Positions 1 through 11,854 of a stretch of DNA of 64,000 nt are shown here, in pieces. Each line of letters begins with the position of its first letter. The first letter of the stretch is position 1. The position numbers were made by a program, and so were the translations under genes. The notes beneath the pieces were generated by a model. That model ran no database searches. It saw nothing but the letters and a program-made list of their open reading frames with translations, and was not told the DNA's origin. This DNA is from Octopus sinensis (taxonomy: Eukaryota): NCBI RefSeq assembly GCF_006345805.1, contig NC_043005.1:59210001-59274000 (forward strand), read 5' to 3'.

Positions 1-122
1 CTCAATGTCATTAGACATGCTTTTTTGTGCAGCAGTTTTCCTTATCTTACTTTTTTTTTATGTGATGACCATGTTGAATATATCAAATTTATGACATTTT
101 TTAATGTTTTTTTCATTTAGAG

Positions 123-337
123 CAGTCGTTCTCAACCATATTGTACTTATGGACCCCATTGCCATTTTTTTTTAACAATCCTATTATATTTTCCTAATTA
201 AATATGAATAGTATAAAAAAATTTTCAAAACATTTTGTATATTGTAGAAGTATTACCAATTTATTGCCTGTAAATGTTAACCACAAAATCTTTTATGAAC
301 CTGCAAGGGCCTTACAGACCCTGGTTGCGAACCACTG
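123..337. mobile_element. hAT (Charlie-like) MITE
   Basis: Imperfect TIRs cagtcgttctcaacc / ggttgcgaaccactg; 8-bp TSD atttagag / atttagat. Confidence 0.7.
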
Positions 338-379
338 ATTTAGATTACTTTATAACATAGGATATTACTCCAATGTTTT

Positions 380-640
380 GTGATGGGTTATACCATATAA
401 CATTTCCTTTTTACTTTTTTTTTGAGGCAAAGTAGGGCTGTTTCTAGATGGTGTGGCAAGGTTTTCATTCTTTTTTGGTTGTGCAATATTATGATACTCT
501 ACAGCCTTATTGAATATGACTTTGTTGGAGGATAATGTGCTTATCCTTTTTCTGATGATCAGTAGAACATGCTTGATGACACTGGGTGTAATGCGGAGGT
601 CTATGCTTTCTTGAAGAGCCCCTCTGAGTTTGAGTTTGGC
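380..640 (-). mobile_element. Second-clade Penelope-like fossil (thumb region)
   Basis: PSVIKHVLLIIRKRISTLSSNKVIFNKAVEYHNIA, then a shifted frame KGNVIWYNPSQNIG. Resembles the PLE motifs SKRISxLSSNxxIF and RNIIWFNPPFS. Confidence 0.55.
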
Positions 641-845
641 AAAGCATGACATCAAGAAAGTTTACTACTATGCAGCTCACAGCAAGCTTCAGACAGAATT
701 TATATTAATATTGTATTTGTTTCTTGAGAGTACCAATCATTTATTCATTTTCATTGTTTGAAATAATACTGTATATACGATTTTTGTTCTTGGAAAGCAA
801 TTGTTATTTCCTATTTGCTTACCCCTAGAAAGTAGGGAAATTGGC

Positions 846-1320
846 TAATATTTCCTTCAAACTTACCTCTTGTTATGATATTTATTGAAACCCCAGAGAA
901 TTGCTCTCAACAGATGACAATGATGCTCTCCCACTACTCCTACTCATGATCAAAGACACATATTGTCAGCCACTAAAAGACCTCCTCAAGTGGTCATGGT
1001 TAAGCAACTGACAAGCAAATCTGTAGTATTGAGCAGAATATTTGCTATAATGATATTTCTGCTTTAACAACTCCACACTGAATCAGTCCAAAACGTAATG
1101 GAAAGTATGAAAATGGGTAATATTTCCTTTAAATTTTGCTTTTGTTACATTTATTCAAGCCCCCAAAGAATCCCTCTCAGCACATGACTATGATGCTCCC
1201 CAACTACTCTTGCTCATGATCAGAAATACTCATATTGTCAACCACTAAAGGACATGCTCAAGTGGTTACAGTCAAGCAACTGATGAACAAATCTGGTATT
1301 GTGCAGAATATTTGCTATAA
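846..1320 (+). repeat. Two diverged tandem copies of a ~200-bp repeat tail
   Basis: 846-1050 and 1118-1320 share gatgctc.cc.actactc..gctcatgatca...gcagaatatttgctataa. Confidence 0.8.
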
Positions 1321-1330
1321 CAGTATTACT

Positions 1331-1745
1331 TATTTCTTTATTGCCCACAAGGGGATAAACATAGAGGGGACAAACAAGGATAGACAAAGGAATTAAGTCA
1401 ATTACATCTACCCCAGCACGTAACTGGTACTTAGTTTATCAACCCCGAAAGGATGAAAAGCAAAGTCAACCTCGGCGGAATTTGAACTCAGAACGTAATA
1501 CCGCTAAATACCTATTTCTTTACTACCTACAAGGGGCTAAACACAAAGAGGACAAACAAGGACAGACAAACGGATTAAGTCGATTATATCGACCCCAGTG
1601 CATAACTGGTACTTATTTAATCGACCCCGAAAGGATGAAAGACAAAGTCGACCTCGGCAGAATTTGAACTCAGAACATAGCGGCAGGCGAAATACCGCTA
1701 AGCATTTCACCCAGCGTGCTAACAATTCTGCCAGCTCGCCACCTT
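1331..1745 (-). mobile_element. Deu/Nin-core tRNA SINE, head plus two bodies
   Basis: Core gtcgactttgcctttcatcctttcggggtcgat..aagtaccag present twice. Confidence 0.85.
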
Positions 1746-2019
1746 AACAATATTTCTGCTTCATTGAATCTGTCGGAAATGAAATGGAAAACAATTCAGT
1801 TATAAAACACTGATGTCCAGGTTAAACAAGCAAAAGTTTGAAAGAAATAGCAGTCATTTCCTTTGATTTCTAGATAGATACAAATAGGAAATAACACCTA
1901 CTGAACAAAGACGAAAGAAATAAAAGTTTTGTTACATAGGGTAATGACTGTATGCTAATACCTTTAAAAGATCTGCTCACATGATTGAGCAGGAAAAAAA
2001 AACCTATCAACTCATGTCA

Positions 2020-2170
2020 TTTAGTCCCATTAAAGCTCCCCTGTACTGTCGTTGCAATCACTCGTTCTGATCTTCTTAACTCAGCAAGCATCTTTATAAA
2101 AAGATACCATGTTCTGGCATTCATACAAACCTGCAGGTTGTTTGCATGATGTCACTGTATTTCCTTGTGA
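2020..2170 (-). mobile_element. Possible Helitron PIF1-helicase fossil (Walker A region)
   Basis: Frameshifted translation resembling KEI(Y)SDIMQT..MNA...FIKMLAELRRSERVIA, against the recalled motif QKxIYDxIM..DAPGGTGKTFLIxxLLAxxR. Confidence 0.3.
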
Positions 2171-2933
2171 AACCCTTGGAGTTTTAAAGAGGATTACCTC
2201 ACGTGAATGGATAATAATCAATAGCATTAAATCAGATAAATTTGTAGGTTTTAAAATTTCAAAAAAATCATGTGAGGAATATTGAAATTCCAAGATCACT
2301 TCGTTACAGTGTGTACTTTAAGATTGTTTAACTACCTCTGTCGCAATTCATTGTGGCAAGATTGTTGGGTCTACATTTGGATGAGATTTTTTATTTATCA
2401 TTTTTTTTTTTTTTTGACATTCAGATCTCTGATGGGGAAGCATTTAAGTTCATCTTGGAAGTCCTGTGACAATCTTTTGCTGATTTCATTGCTTGTGTTC
2501 TTGCTGGTCGTTTTGTTTGACTTGCTAAAACTGATCCATAAAATGCTAAAGGCTATTAATTGGCAGGGGGGAATTTATGTGCTAAGTTCTTTATTTTACA
2601 TATGTGCTAGCTGTCATTGACAGCTGAGACAGAGAACAAGACTATCATACATCCATCTTTGCCAGCACAAACCACACATACGCAAAGACAGAAGAATATA
2701 TTTACATATGTATATATATATAACTACATGCACAGTCATACACCCATATACATTGTAACCTGAACCAACAAGAAATCAAGTTTACAGGATAAATATATTT
2801 ACTACTTGAAGTTTCAACAGTTGAATAAACATGGCAATGTTCAGAATTATCATGTTCAATAGGATTTACCAGGCAAATGCAATGAGATATTACTTCCATA
2901 GAGCTACCATTAAAATAGGTGGCTTATCCCTGC

Positions 2934-3215
2934 CATCATCATCATTATCATTTAACGTCTGCTTTCCATGCTAGCATGGGTTGAACGATTTGACTGAGGG
3001 CTGGCAAACCAGATGGCTGCACCAGGCTTCAATCTTGATCTGGCAGAGTTTCTACATTTGGATGCCCTTCCTAGCACCAACCACTCCGGGAGCATAGTGG
3101 ATGCTTTTACATGCCACTGGCACAGGGTCAGTCAGGTGGTACTGGCAACGACCTCACTCAAATCTTTTACACATGCTACCGGCACAGGTGCCAGTAAGGC
3201 GATGCTGGTAGCGAT
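2934..3215 (-). mobile_element. Meta-core SINE-like repeat with (GAT)n tail
   Basis: Reverse complement of gagtggttggcgttaggaagggcatcc...cccatgctagcatggaaagc.gacgttaaatgatgat. Confidence 0.7.
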
Positions 3216-3626
3216 CACACTCAAATTAAAATGCATTACATTTGAATAATCATAATATATTAGCAAAGTGTTATAACATTTTCATAGTGCTGCTTAAAAT
3301 GCTTCATGTAAGCTGCTATTTCTTACATTTTGAACAACCACATAGAGGCTCATTGACTTCTAGTTATTGTTGTTGTTTTAGGTGTTAAGAGAGTTACGTA
3401 GGTAATGGCAAGATAAGTTAATATAGACTCTGGCAATATCATTTAGATGGTAGAGATAATTAGTAAGCATCGCAGAAGATAAGCCAATAATTTGATGACA
3501 AACAATAAATATAAACAATGGCAAGGAACGAGAAACTATCAATTTCTGTCTTTGATATTTGAGATAATATTTGTATGTTTATGTGACCTCTCTACTGTCC
3601 AAATATATAATAAAATTATAAACAAA

Positions 3627-4290
<664 letters not shown>

Positions 4291-4739
4291 TACATATACT
4301 GTTAAATTGTCTTGTCATTTGAAGATGAATGGGGTATTTAGTTGGCAGAATCAGTAGTAAACTGGTTAAATGCTTATAATTTTAGCCAATCAAGGGCCCT
4401 CTTTTCTGTTCCTTGGATTATTAGGAAAAGCAATGCAATAAATTACTATGAGTAGCAGTGTTCTACCATCTTTAATAAGAAAGGCAGATTGTGTGATGTG
4501 GTTCCAGATATCACTAAACTAACAGACTGGTAATGGCTGGTATACCTTAACTCACAGATCAGTTTGGTTGTCATGGGTACCAACCATCATCAGTGCTACA
4601 TACAACAGCATATAATCGACTGCTTTGTGCTTTAGTCTGAGACCAAATTTATCTATCATTTCCTCTGTGTATATTAATTAGGTTTCATTAATATGTTGAG
4701 CTGATGTTGCTTAACATAGTTTCTAATTATTATCTATTC

Positions 4740-4985
4740 ATCTGATCAGGCAACTTCCTCTGGCCAATGGAACTCTTTCTTGTCAGATGACCCAATCTTC
4801 CAAGGCAGTCTTCTTATCCTCAACTTGATATCCAGTGTCCTCCATAGATCGATTAACGTATGCTCTTCTTGGTCTGTCATTACCTGTTTATCCATGTATG
4901 GATTTCTTGAGGAGTTCACTAGGGACTGGTAACCACTATAAGCTGTGGTGGAGGACAGTTCACAGGTGTGCTGAGGCTAACCAAA
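4740..4985 (-). mobile_element. RTE-clade LINE 3' end fossil
   Basis: HG*TGNDRPRRAYVNRSMEDTGYQVEDKKTALEDWVI*QERV resembles the RTE C-terminus RGRPxxTYxDxLxEDTG. Confidence 0.6.
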
Positions 4986-5086
4986 GGATTTTATATTGAG
5001 ATATATCTGGGGTGCTCATGTGTACCCATGACTTTTGCTTCGTTTTTTTTTCCCATGGGTGCATATAAGTGTTTCATTTATTTCTA

Positions 5087-5162
5087 TTCGTATTTTCTAC
5101 TGACGAGGAAAAAATCTATTATGAGATTAATTCTGAAATTGATTCAATATCGAAATAACGAA
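5087..5162 (+). ncRNA. Type I hammerhead ribozyme candidate (partly decayed)
   Basis: CUGACGA at 5100-5106; stem II GGAA/UUCU plus AAUCU/AGAUU; GAAA at 5135-5138; stem III AUUG/CAAU; AUA triplet; bulged stem I 5087-5099 with 5150-5162. Confidence 0.55.
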
Positions 5163-5894
5163 CTTTTAAAAAAATTCTGTTGGCTAGCTTTCCTCGATTT
5201 CAGCACAACGTATTTCTGTAGTGGGTATATAATAATATGTGGAAATTGACGATTTAAAATTCTGTTATCAGCATATTGGCATAGAAATAATTTTCTTTTG
5301 CTCTTGTTTATAAGTTGTTTATAATTTTAACCTTTAAAGGTATTTTAATATGCTACCACTTTTTTGATGGAATTTTTTTACTGCAAAAACCTTCATCCTG
5401 TACTAGTAGTATACACTTGCTTCTCCAACAGTGTCCTGCATATATGTTCCTTTTTCTTTGATTACTGAGGTGATGGTAGGAAGAAGGCCATATTATCAAA
5501 CTAGTGTTTATACAGTTAATGTAAAATGTGTTAAAAAGTTAACTAGAATTTAAAAAAAGGCAAATAGAAGGAAAATAGAAGAGAGAAATCTTTTTTGGTA
5601 GGAGAAATAGCACAAGAGATAACTGAATACATGTTTTGGTATTATTGTGATCTTTTCACTGAAGGATAACTTTCACTATACTTATTAAGTAATCATGAAA
5701 GAATCCTTATATATATATATATATGTACTAGATTGCATATTTTTGGGGCAGTAAATTGGAATAGTTCAGAAATTAAACATCTCCATTTTCTCCTCTTTGA
5801 GATAAATAATGCTTATGTTAGTGTTATCATATTGAATGCAGCAATCATTAAGAAGCAAACAAGAAAAAATACTAATATTATTTTTGCCTTAATT

Positions 5895-6280
5895 AAGGCA
5901 GTGAGCTGGCAGAATTGTTAGGACACTAGTCAAAATGCTTAGTGGTATTTCATCTGTCCCTACGTTCTGAGTTCGAATTCTGCCAAGGTCAACTTTGCCT
6001 TTCATCCTTTCGGGGTCGATTAAATAAGAACCAGTTATGCACTGGGGTCGATATAATCGACTTAATCCGTTTGTCCGTCCTTGTTTGTCCTCTCTGTGTT
6101 TAGCCCCTTGTGGGTAGTAAAGAAATAGAAATGCTTAGTGGTATTTTGTTTGTCACTACGTTATGAGTTCAACTTTGCCACTACGCCCCGAGGTCAAGTA
6201 CCAGTTACATACTAGGGTTGATGTAATTGACTCGATCCCTTCCCCCAAATCTGAAGTCTTGTACTTCCAATAAAAAGAAT
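5895..6280 (+). mobile_element. Deu/Nin-core SINE, long-tail unit followed by short-tail body
   Basis: Same core; second unit restarts at aaatgcttagtggtattt. Confidence 0.85.
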
Positions 6281-7408
6281 TATTTTTGTCTTAATTGCTA
6301 GCCTGAGTGATAACTCAGAACATATTTTACTCAGTTCCTGACCTCCTCAGCAAATCATATCCTTCTTCCACCGAGAGCCTCTAATGGCTATTTTGAGAAA
6401 GTTACTAGGTGATTTGCTGCGGTTTGTGGTTAGTTGTTCATAATGGTATCCCCAGTGTTGTTCCTGTTTAGTTGTCCAATATATATTTACTGTTCACAGT
6501 GTCTTTGATCACTTAGCTGTTGGCTTCACAGGATAGCATATATCATTTCACTGATGCAAGTATTACAACTGGCTGCCACTCACAAGTGAGGCGAGTATGA
6601 TCTGGCAATATGGACTAAGCTTTTGTTAATTGTTTTAGATGTTTATGTTGTTGTGAACTGCTATAGATTCTCTCTTAAACTTTTCACCCTTGACCCAATA
6701 GAACATCTATGATGTGACAGCTGGAGTGTGTGTGTGTGTGTATGAGAAAAAGGTGAGAGAGGGGGGAAGGAGAAAGAGAAAGAAGGAGAGTGGAAAGAGT
6801 GAGAGAGACGGTGGGAGAGGAGGGAGAGAGAGAGAGAGAGAGAGAGCTGTACAAGTACTCAACTGTTATTCATTACTATTGCTGAGAGTGGTCTATATTT
6901 GTGGTGGGGAGGGCAAGTGGGTGTTATGAATGTGGCCTGGGGGCCAAGGGGGCGACATCATGAAAAAGTTTGGGAACTACTAGATTAGAGCAATGCAAAA
7001 TGAAGTGCCTTGCTCAAGGACACAACATGCTGTTTGGCACAAGAATTGAACTGGTGACCTTATGATCATGAGCCACAGACACATGTAATAACTAGGCCAC
7101 ATAGCTTCACAGTGAAAGTAATGGTAGTATTATAAAAGGGAGAGAGATAGAAAGAGCAAGAAAGTGTCATGGACAATGACTAAGAGAGAGAGAAAGACAG
7201 AAGAAAAGAGAGCTGCAGAAAGAAAAGCAGAAGGAGAAAGAGAGAGAGGGGGAGAGAGAGATTGAATAAGACAAAGAAACTATAAAACAAATCCTTTATT
7301 TATGGCTGTAGTGAACATTATTATCTACTTTGTGTTAAATTTAGATATCGTCTGAAAACAAAAATAAATGAATGTGAATCTGTTGAAATGGTGTTCTTAT
7401 TTTTGCAG

Positions 7409-7565
7409 ATGCCATTCAAGACCCAAGTGCCTTAGAATACAAGCATTTATGCCATCTCTTGATGACCGGTGTATATCCACTAGTTACTATAACTGACATC
7501 CAGGGAAGACAAAGTGCCAGAGGAATCAGAAAAAGGCGACTGTGGAATTCATTTTCTATTGACTG
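7409..7565 (+). CDS. CFAP65: CFAP65 exon (phase 1-2): (D)AIQDPSALEYKHLCHLLMTGVYPLVTITDIQGRQSARGIRKRRLWNSFSID(C)
   Basis: Acceptor ttttgcAG, donor GTgaga; 157 nt, stop-free. LCHLLxTGVYP...LWxxFSxD resembles CFAP65 as I recall it, and the exon splices in frame with four downstream exons. Confidence 0.85.
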
Positions 7566-7640
7566 GTGAGAAAATAAATTTTAGTGTAAATTTTTATGTT
7601 TTCATAATTTTCTGTAGCTCCTCTATTTTTGATACAATGT

Positions 7641-7935
7641 GCCAGTGGCACATAAACAGCACCACCTGACTGTAGCCGTTGCCAGCGCCGCCCCGACTGG
7701 CCTCTGTGCCGGTGACACGTAAAAAGCATCATCCGATCGTGGCCGTTGCCAGCCTTGCCTGGCACGTAAAAAGCACCCACTACACTCACGGAGTGGTTGG
7801 CGTTAGGAAGGGCATCCAGCCGTAGAAACATTGCCAGTTCAGACTGGGCCTAGTGCAGCCTTCTGGCTTCCCAGACCCCAGTTGAACCGTCCAACCCATG
7901 CTAGCATGGAAAGCGGACGCTAAATGATGATGAAT
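7641..7935 (+). mobile_element. Meta-core SINE-like repeat with 5' tandem subunits
   Basis: ggcgttaggaagggcatccagccgtagaaac core and (GAT)n tail. Confidence 0.75.
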
Positions 7936-8346
7936 CTGTAATGATAGAATGAATAGATTGTGCACCTCAATCTTTGTTGTTATTTTTTTCTTTAGACTTA
8001 GCATATGTCTTGAATGAATAGTGGGCTTTTAATACTGTTTTCTGAGGCTTCCTTTTATTGTTTTTTTTTATTGTGGATATATATATGTAAGCTGTTTATA
8101 AGAGTTGCAGCCACACCACCTTTTTTTTCTTTTTTTCTTCCCATTGTGCTGGTGTATATAATTTGTGTTTTAAAATACTTGATCTTCATAGCTTAAAACT
8201 AATTGGCAGTTTTTGCATAAGTTTTAGGCTTTTATTCATAGTTTATCATGATACAGCACAGTTTTTTTTTTTCACTTACACAACCTTTTCTTTTATTTAT
8301 ATGTAATTTCCTTTGAAGTTACAGTTTTATTATTTTTGGAAGGGTA

Positions 8347-8402
<56 letters not shown>

Positions 8403-8428
8403 GTGTGTGTGTGTGTGTGTGTGCGTGC

Positions 8429-8484
<56 letters not shown>

Positions 8485-8514
8485 CATACACACATATACG
8501 TGAGAATATATATA

Positions 8515-8553
<39 letters not shown>

Positions 8554-8561
8554 ATATATAT

Positions 8562-8592
<31 letters not shown>

Positions 8593-9029
8593 TCTTGTGT
8601 GAGATAAAGCTTTCTTATAATTGTTGTATACATCATCGTAATTTCTGCATATGTTTACATAATTTATTCGAACATCTCTCTTAAATGAACCTCAGATTTT
8701 ATTTCCTGCAAATGCTTCTCTTAAGTTGCTTTGTGTAACATAATCCTTACTCATAATGTTTGCATAACTTTGTTATAATTTATGTGTACCTCAGTCTTTG
8801 TTTTTTTTTTTTCTACAGATTTAGCATATATCTTTGAAGTTACCACCTCCTTTCTGCCAAACATGTTATCTCTTAAATTTTATACATTTATGATTCAGCT
8901 TATGGTTTCCTTGATTGATGTGTTGTGGGTATATATCTCATTTTTGGCTGCATTTTGTTTTACCTTCATATGAATCACAAATTGCAAATTCATTAAAAAT
9001 TTATAGCAAATTTAAGAAAATACACAGAA

Positions 9030-9360
9030 TCAATTTTTCTGTTAGATATAATATTTGTACTGAAGTTAGAAATAACCACAAAATCTTTAACAAAAGAACT
9101 AGAGATATCTACTGGATGGACGAGTCAAAATTATTGCTGAATCTCTGATTGTTAATCATGAAATTGTTTCTCAGATTTTGCTTCAAAGAGGAGATGTGGC
9201 ACATGCACAATTTTCAAGTATCCTCAGAAATTGTGAGCTTCATGGAGTTGATAATCTTCTAGGGCTGGTACTACATTTTAAGCATTCTAAGCAATCACTT
9301 ACAGTGCATAAACCTGGATTCATTGAAATGAATCTAGACAACTTAAACAAAATGTATGAC
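9030..9360 (+). mobile_element. Mariner transposase fossil
   Basis: LLDGRVKIIAESLIVNHEIVSQIL resembles the mariner HTH region. A shifted frame gives (*)TWIH*NESRQ, resembling TGDETWIHYYEP. Contains stops and frameshifts. Confidence 0.5.
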
Positions 9361-9377
9361 TATGAACAGAGTTTGTT

Positions 9378-9660
9378 GCTTGTTCCTTCTCAATCCATGC
9401 CTGGCTCATAAGGGCCGGTTTTCCTGGTTTCCTTGGCGTATAGATTCCCCCACCTGGATGGGACGCCGGTCCATCGCTGCAAGAGTGAGAGAAAGTTGTG
9501 GTGAAAGAGTCAGCAGCAGTTCGCCATTACCTTCTGCTGGAGCTGCATAGAGTTTAGGTGTTTCGCTCATAAACAAACACATCGCCCTCTCTGAGATTCA
9601 AACCTGTGATCACTTGACCGCGAGTCCACTGCTCTAACCACTAGGCCATGTGCTTCCACA
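9378..9660 (-). mobile_element. tRNA-derived SINE (V/CORE-like)
   Basis: Minus head gtggaagcacatggcctagtggttagagcagtggactcgcgg with A-box and B-box-like motifs. Confidence 0.7.
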
Positions 9661-10192
9661 GAATAGAGATTGTACATTATATAAAGGAGAAAATGGCAGA
9701 CATTGCAGAGCTGGAAGAGGGTGTATATTGTAGTTCTGGCCTAGGGTGCTGAGTATCATAGGCTGGCATGTGCCCTTTTCAAGTCTTTCTCAGTTGTTGG
9801 TCTGCAGGGAAAATGGTGAACAAGAAAATTCCTATTTGTTGTAATTCCAGAAAGAAAGAGTTGAATGAAGAGTTGTTTAGTACTAAATGTGGCAGCTGAT
9901 GCCTAATACAAGGGAAATGATGTTGAGAAATATATGCAATGAGTGGTATTAATTTCGCTAGTTCAAAGAAACATTAGTTCCTGTGAACAGTAAATTACTG
10001 TGAACAGTAAATTAGACAGAATCTGTGGGGTTTTCTGTGACTGCAACCCGATGACGATTCAATGCTAGGCATCCAAACAAAAGACTGTTTAAAAATTGTG
10101 GAGTTAATAAGATATCATTGTTTAATTTTGTAGCTTTATCCTATTAGAATTTACATGAGTAAATGTCTAGTTACTATAAAGATATTACCATT

Positions 10193-10358
10193 GGGGCAGG
10201 AGTGGCTGTGTGGTAAGTAGCTTGCTTACCCGCCACATAGTTCTGGGTTCAGCCCCACTGTGTTGGCACCTTGGGCAAGTGTCTTCTACTATAACCTCAG
10301 GCTGACCAAAGCCTTGTGAGTGGATTGGTAGACGGAAACTGAAAGAAGCGTGTCATAT

Positions 10359-10415
<57 letters not shown>

Positions 10416-10440
10416 GTTTATATATATATCTATATATATA
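10193..10440 (+). mobile_element. OK-type tRNA SINE, 5' half (split by the PLE)
   Basis: ggggcaggagtggctgtgtggtaagtagcttgc...gaaagaagc head followed by (TA)n. Confidence 0.85.
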
Positions 10441-10450
10441 TATATATATA

Positions 10451-11854
10451 AGAAAATAGTAAAGTGTGAAAAAAAACGACAGAAGGCTAAATGTTAAATG
10501 TATTGTCAAACATGAAGTGGTTATTGTGTAGGATGAATTCAATTGATTTAGTAATGAATTCCTTACTGATCCTTTTTGGTATTTCTTCCGGAAATTGGTC
10601 TAACCAGAATTGTATTGCCTCCAGTCCATAATTATGAGGTATACTGGTATACAAGTTGACTACATCAAATGAAGCCAGGATTGTTTCTTCCTTGGTTTTT
10701 TTTGGGAGGTGGTTTAACACACTAAAACAAACATCCCCTTCAACCTTGCAAGAAGGATATGCACAATAGTGTCAGAACAAAATACCAGGAACTTTAGACT
10801 GCAAGAACTCAAAAACACCCTAATTGATAGACATTACCCAGCTCAACTCATAGAGGATGGGATCAGACGTGCAACAGAATCAACATAGAAACTTTAAGAA
10901 AAGTTCAACACAACAACACACCTTCCCGAAAATACTACCTTTACATATCTACATACAACCCCAGAAACAAAGAAGCCTTCACCATCATCACCCAGAATTT
11001 ACCAATACTTCATAAAAACCCAAAATTAAAGAAATTCTAACATACAACAAATCATTAAAAGCTACAAACAGCCTAAATCACTTAAAGATTCTCACAAAGG
11101 CAAATTGTCTTTAAAAATTCCGGATGCAAAAGTAAAAAAATGTGGTAGATCGAACTGTGCAACATGTCCTAACCTATTGGAAGGATCAGAACTTCTTTAA
11201 AGAGGGACAGAAATTTAAGATCAAATCTAATTTACTTGTGCCTCTGAAAACATAATTTATGTTATTAAATGCTCGGCTGCCACCAAGACTACGTGGGTTC
11301 CACGGGACTATCACTCAGGCGCAGATGCACACTGCATCGACAACAGATGCATTCCCAGAATATAGAATGATACCTTTTTAGGAGCACATTGAGAAATGCG
11401 CAAAGCAACTACTGCCACAATTTTTAATCTTCCCATTTTACCAATGTGCTTTCGGATCATCAACACAAATGAGACTGAACAAGGAAACATTCTTCATTGA
11501 AAAGTACAAACCCAGACTCAACCATCCAAACATACTGACACAGAGAAATTACAAGGAAAAGGGGAAAAAAAAAAAAAAAAAAAAAAAAATTTTTAAGCGA
11601 TTATCTCCCTACACCGGAAAAAATCACTCACTACCTCCCCTTATTTAGAAATCTCCTGGAAAAAAAACAACGATAATTCCATGCAATATAAACATAACGT
11701 CACAAGAAATTTGAAAAGCTACACGCGAAACCGGTAATTTCTTTATAAATTTTTTAAATTATGTCATTTTAAGGAAAGGAAAAAAAATTTTTCCAATATT
11801 CTCCAGACACTTTGACACAAATATATATATTTTTTAACATTTAAGCCTTCTGTC
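10451..11854 (+). mobile_element. Penelope-like retroelement: inverted RT fragment plus forward thumb/GIY-YIG endonuclease and 3' end
   Basis: Minus ORF 10487-10720 has the SFDVVNLYTSIP RT motif. Plus strand from 10721 gives KTNIPFNLARRICTIVS...YPAQLIEDGIRRA, then KCGRSNCATC, IIYVIKC..CHQDYVGST and LNKETFFIEKYKPRLN, with frameshifts. Flanked by (TA)n. Confidence 0.9.
11704..11743 (+). ncRNA. Minimal type I hammerhead ribozyme, U3-A8 core variant, in PLE 3' region
   Basis: AAGAAAU [UUGAAAA] GC-UACAC-GC [GAAA] CCGG [UA] AUUUCUU: perfect 7-bp stem I, 2-bp stem II, palindromic ACCGGU stem III, GUA cleavage triplet. Confidence 0.7.

Noticed and set aside
365-655. 96-aa minus ORF as a nested gene
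   Set aside because: Better explained as a frameshifted Penelope fossil; no splice context.
6665-6985. Degenerate hAT-like MITE (right end aaaaagtttgggaactactag)
   Set aside because: The left TIR and TSD are too decayed to support.
9178-9411. Protein-like ORF as a CFAP65 exon
   Set aside because: No CFAP65 similarity; the reading frame is already completed by 16345-16413; the sequence matches a mariner fossil plus SINE tail.
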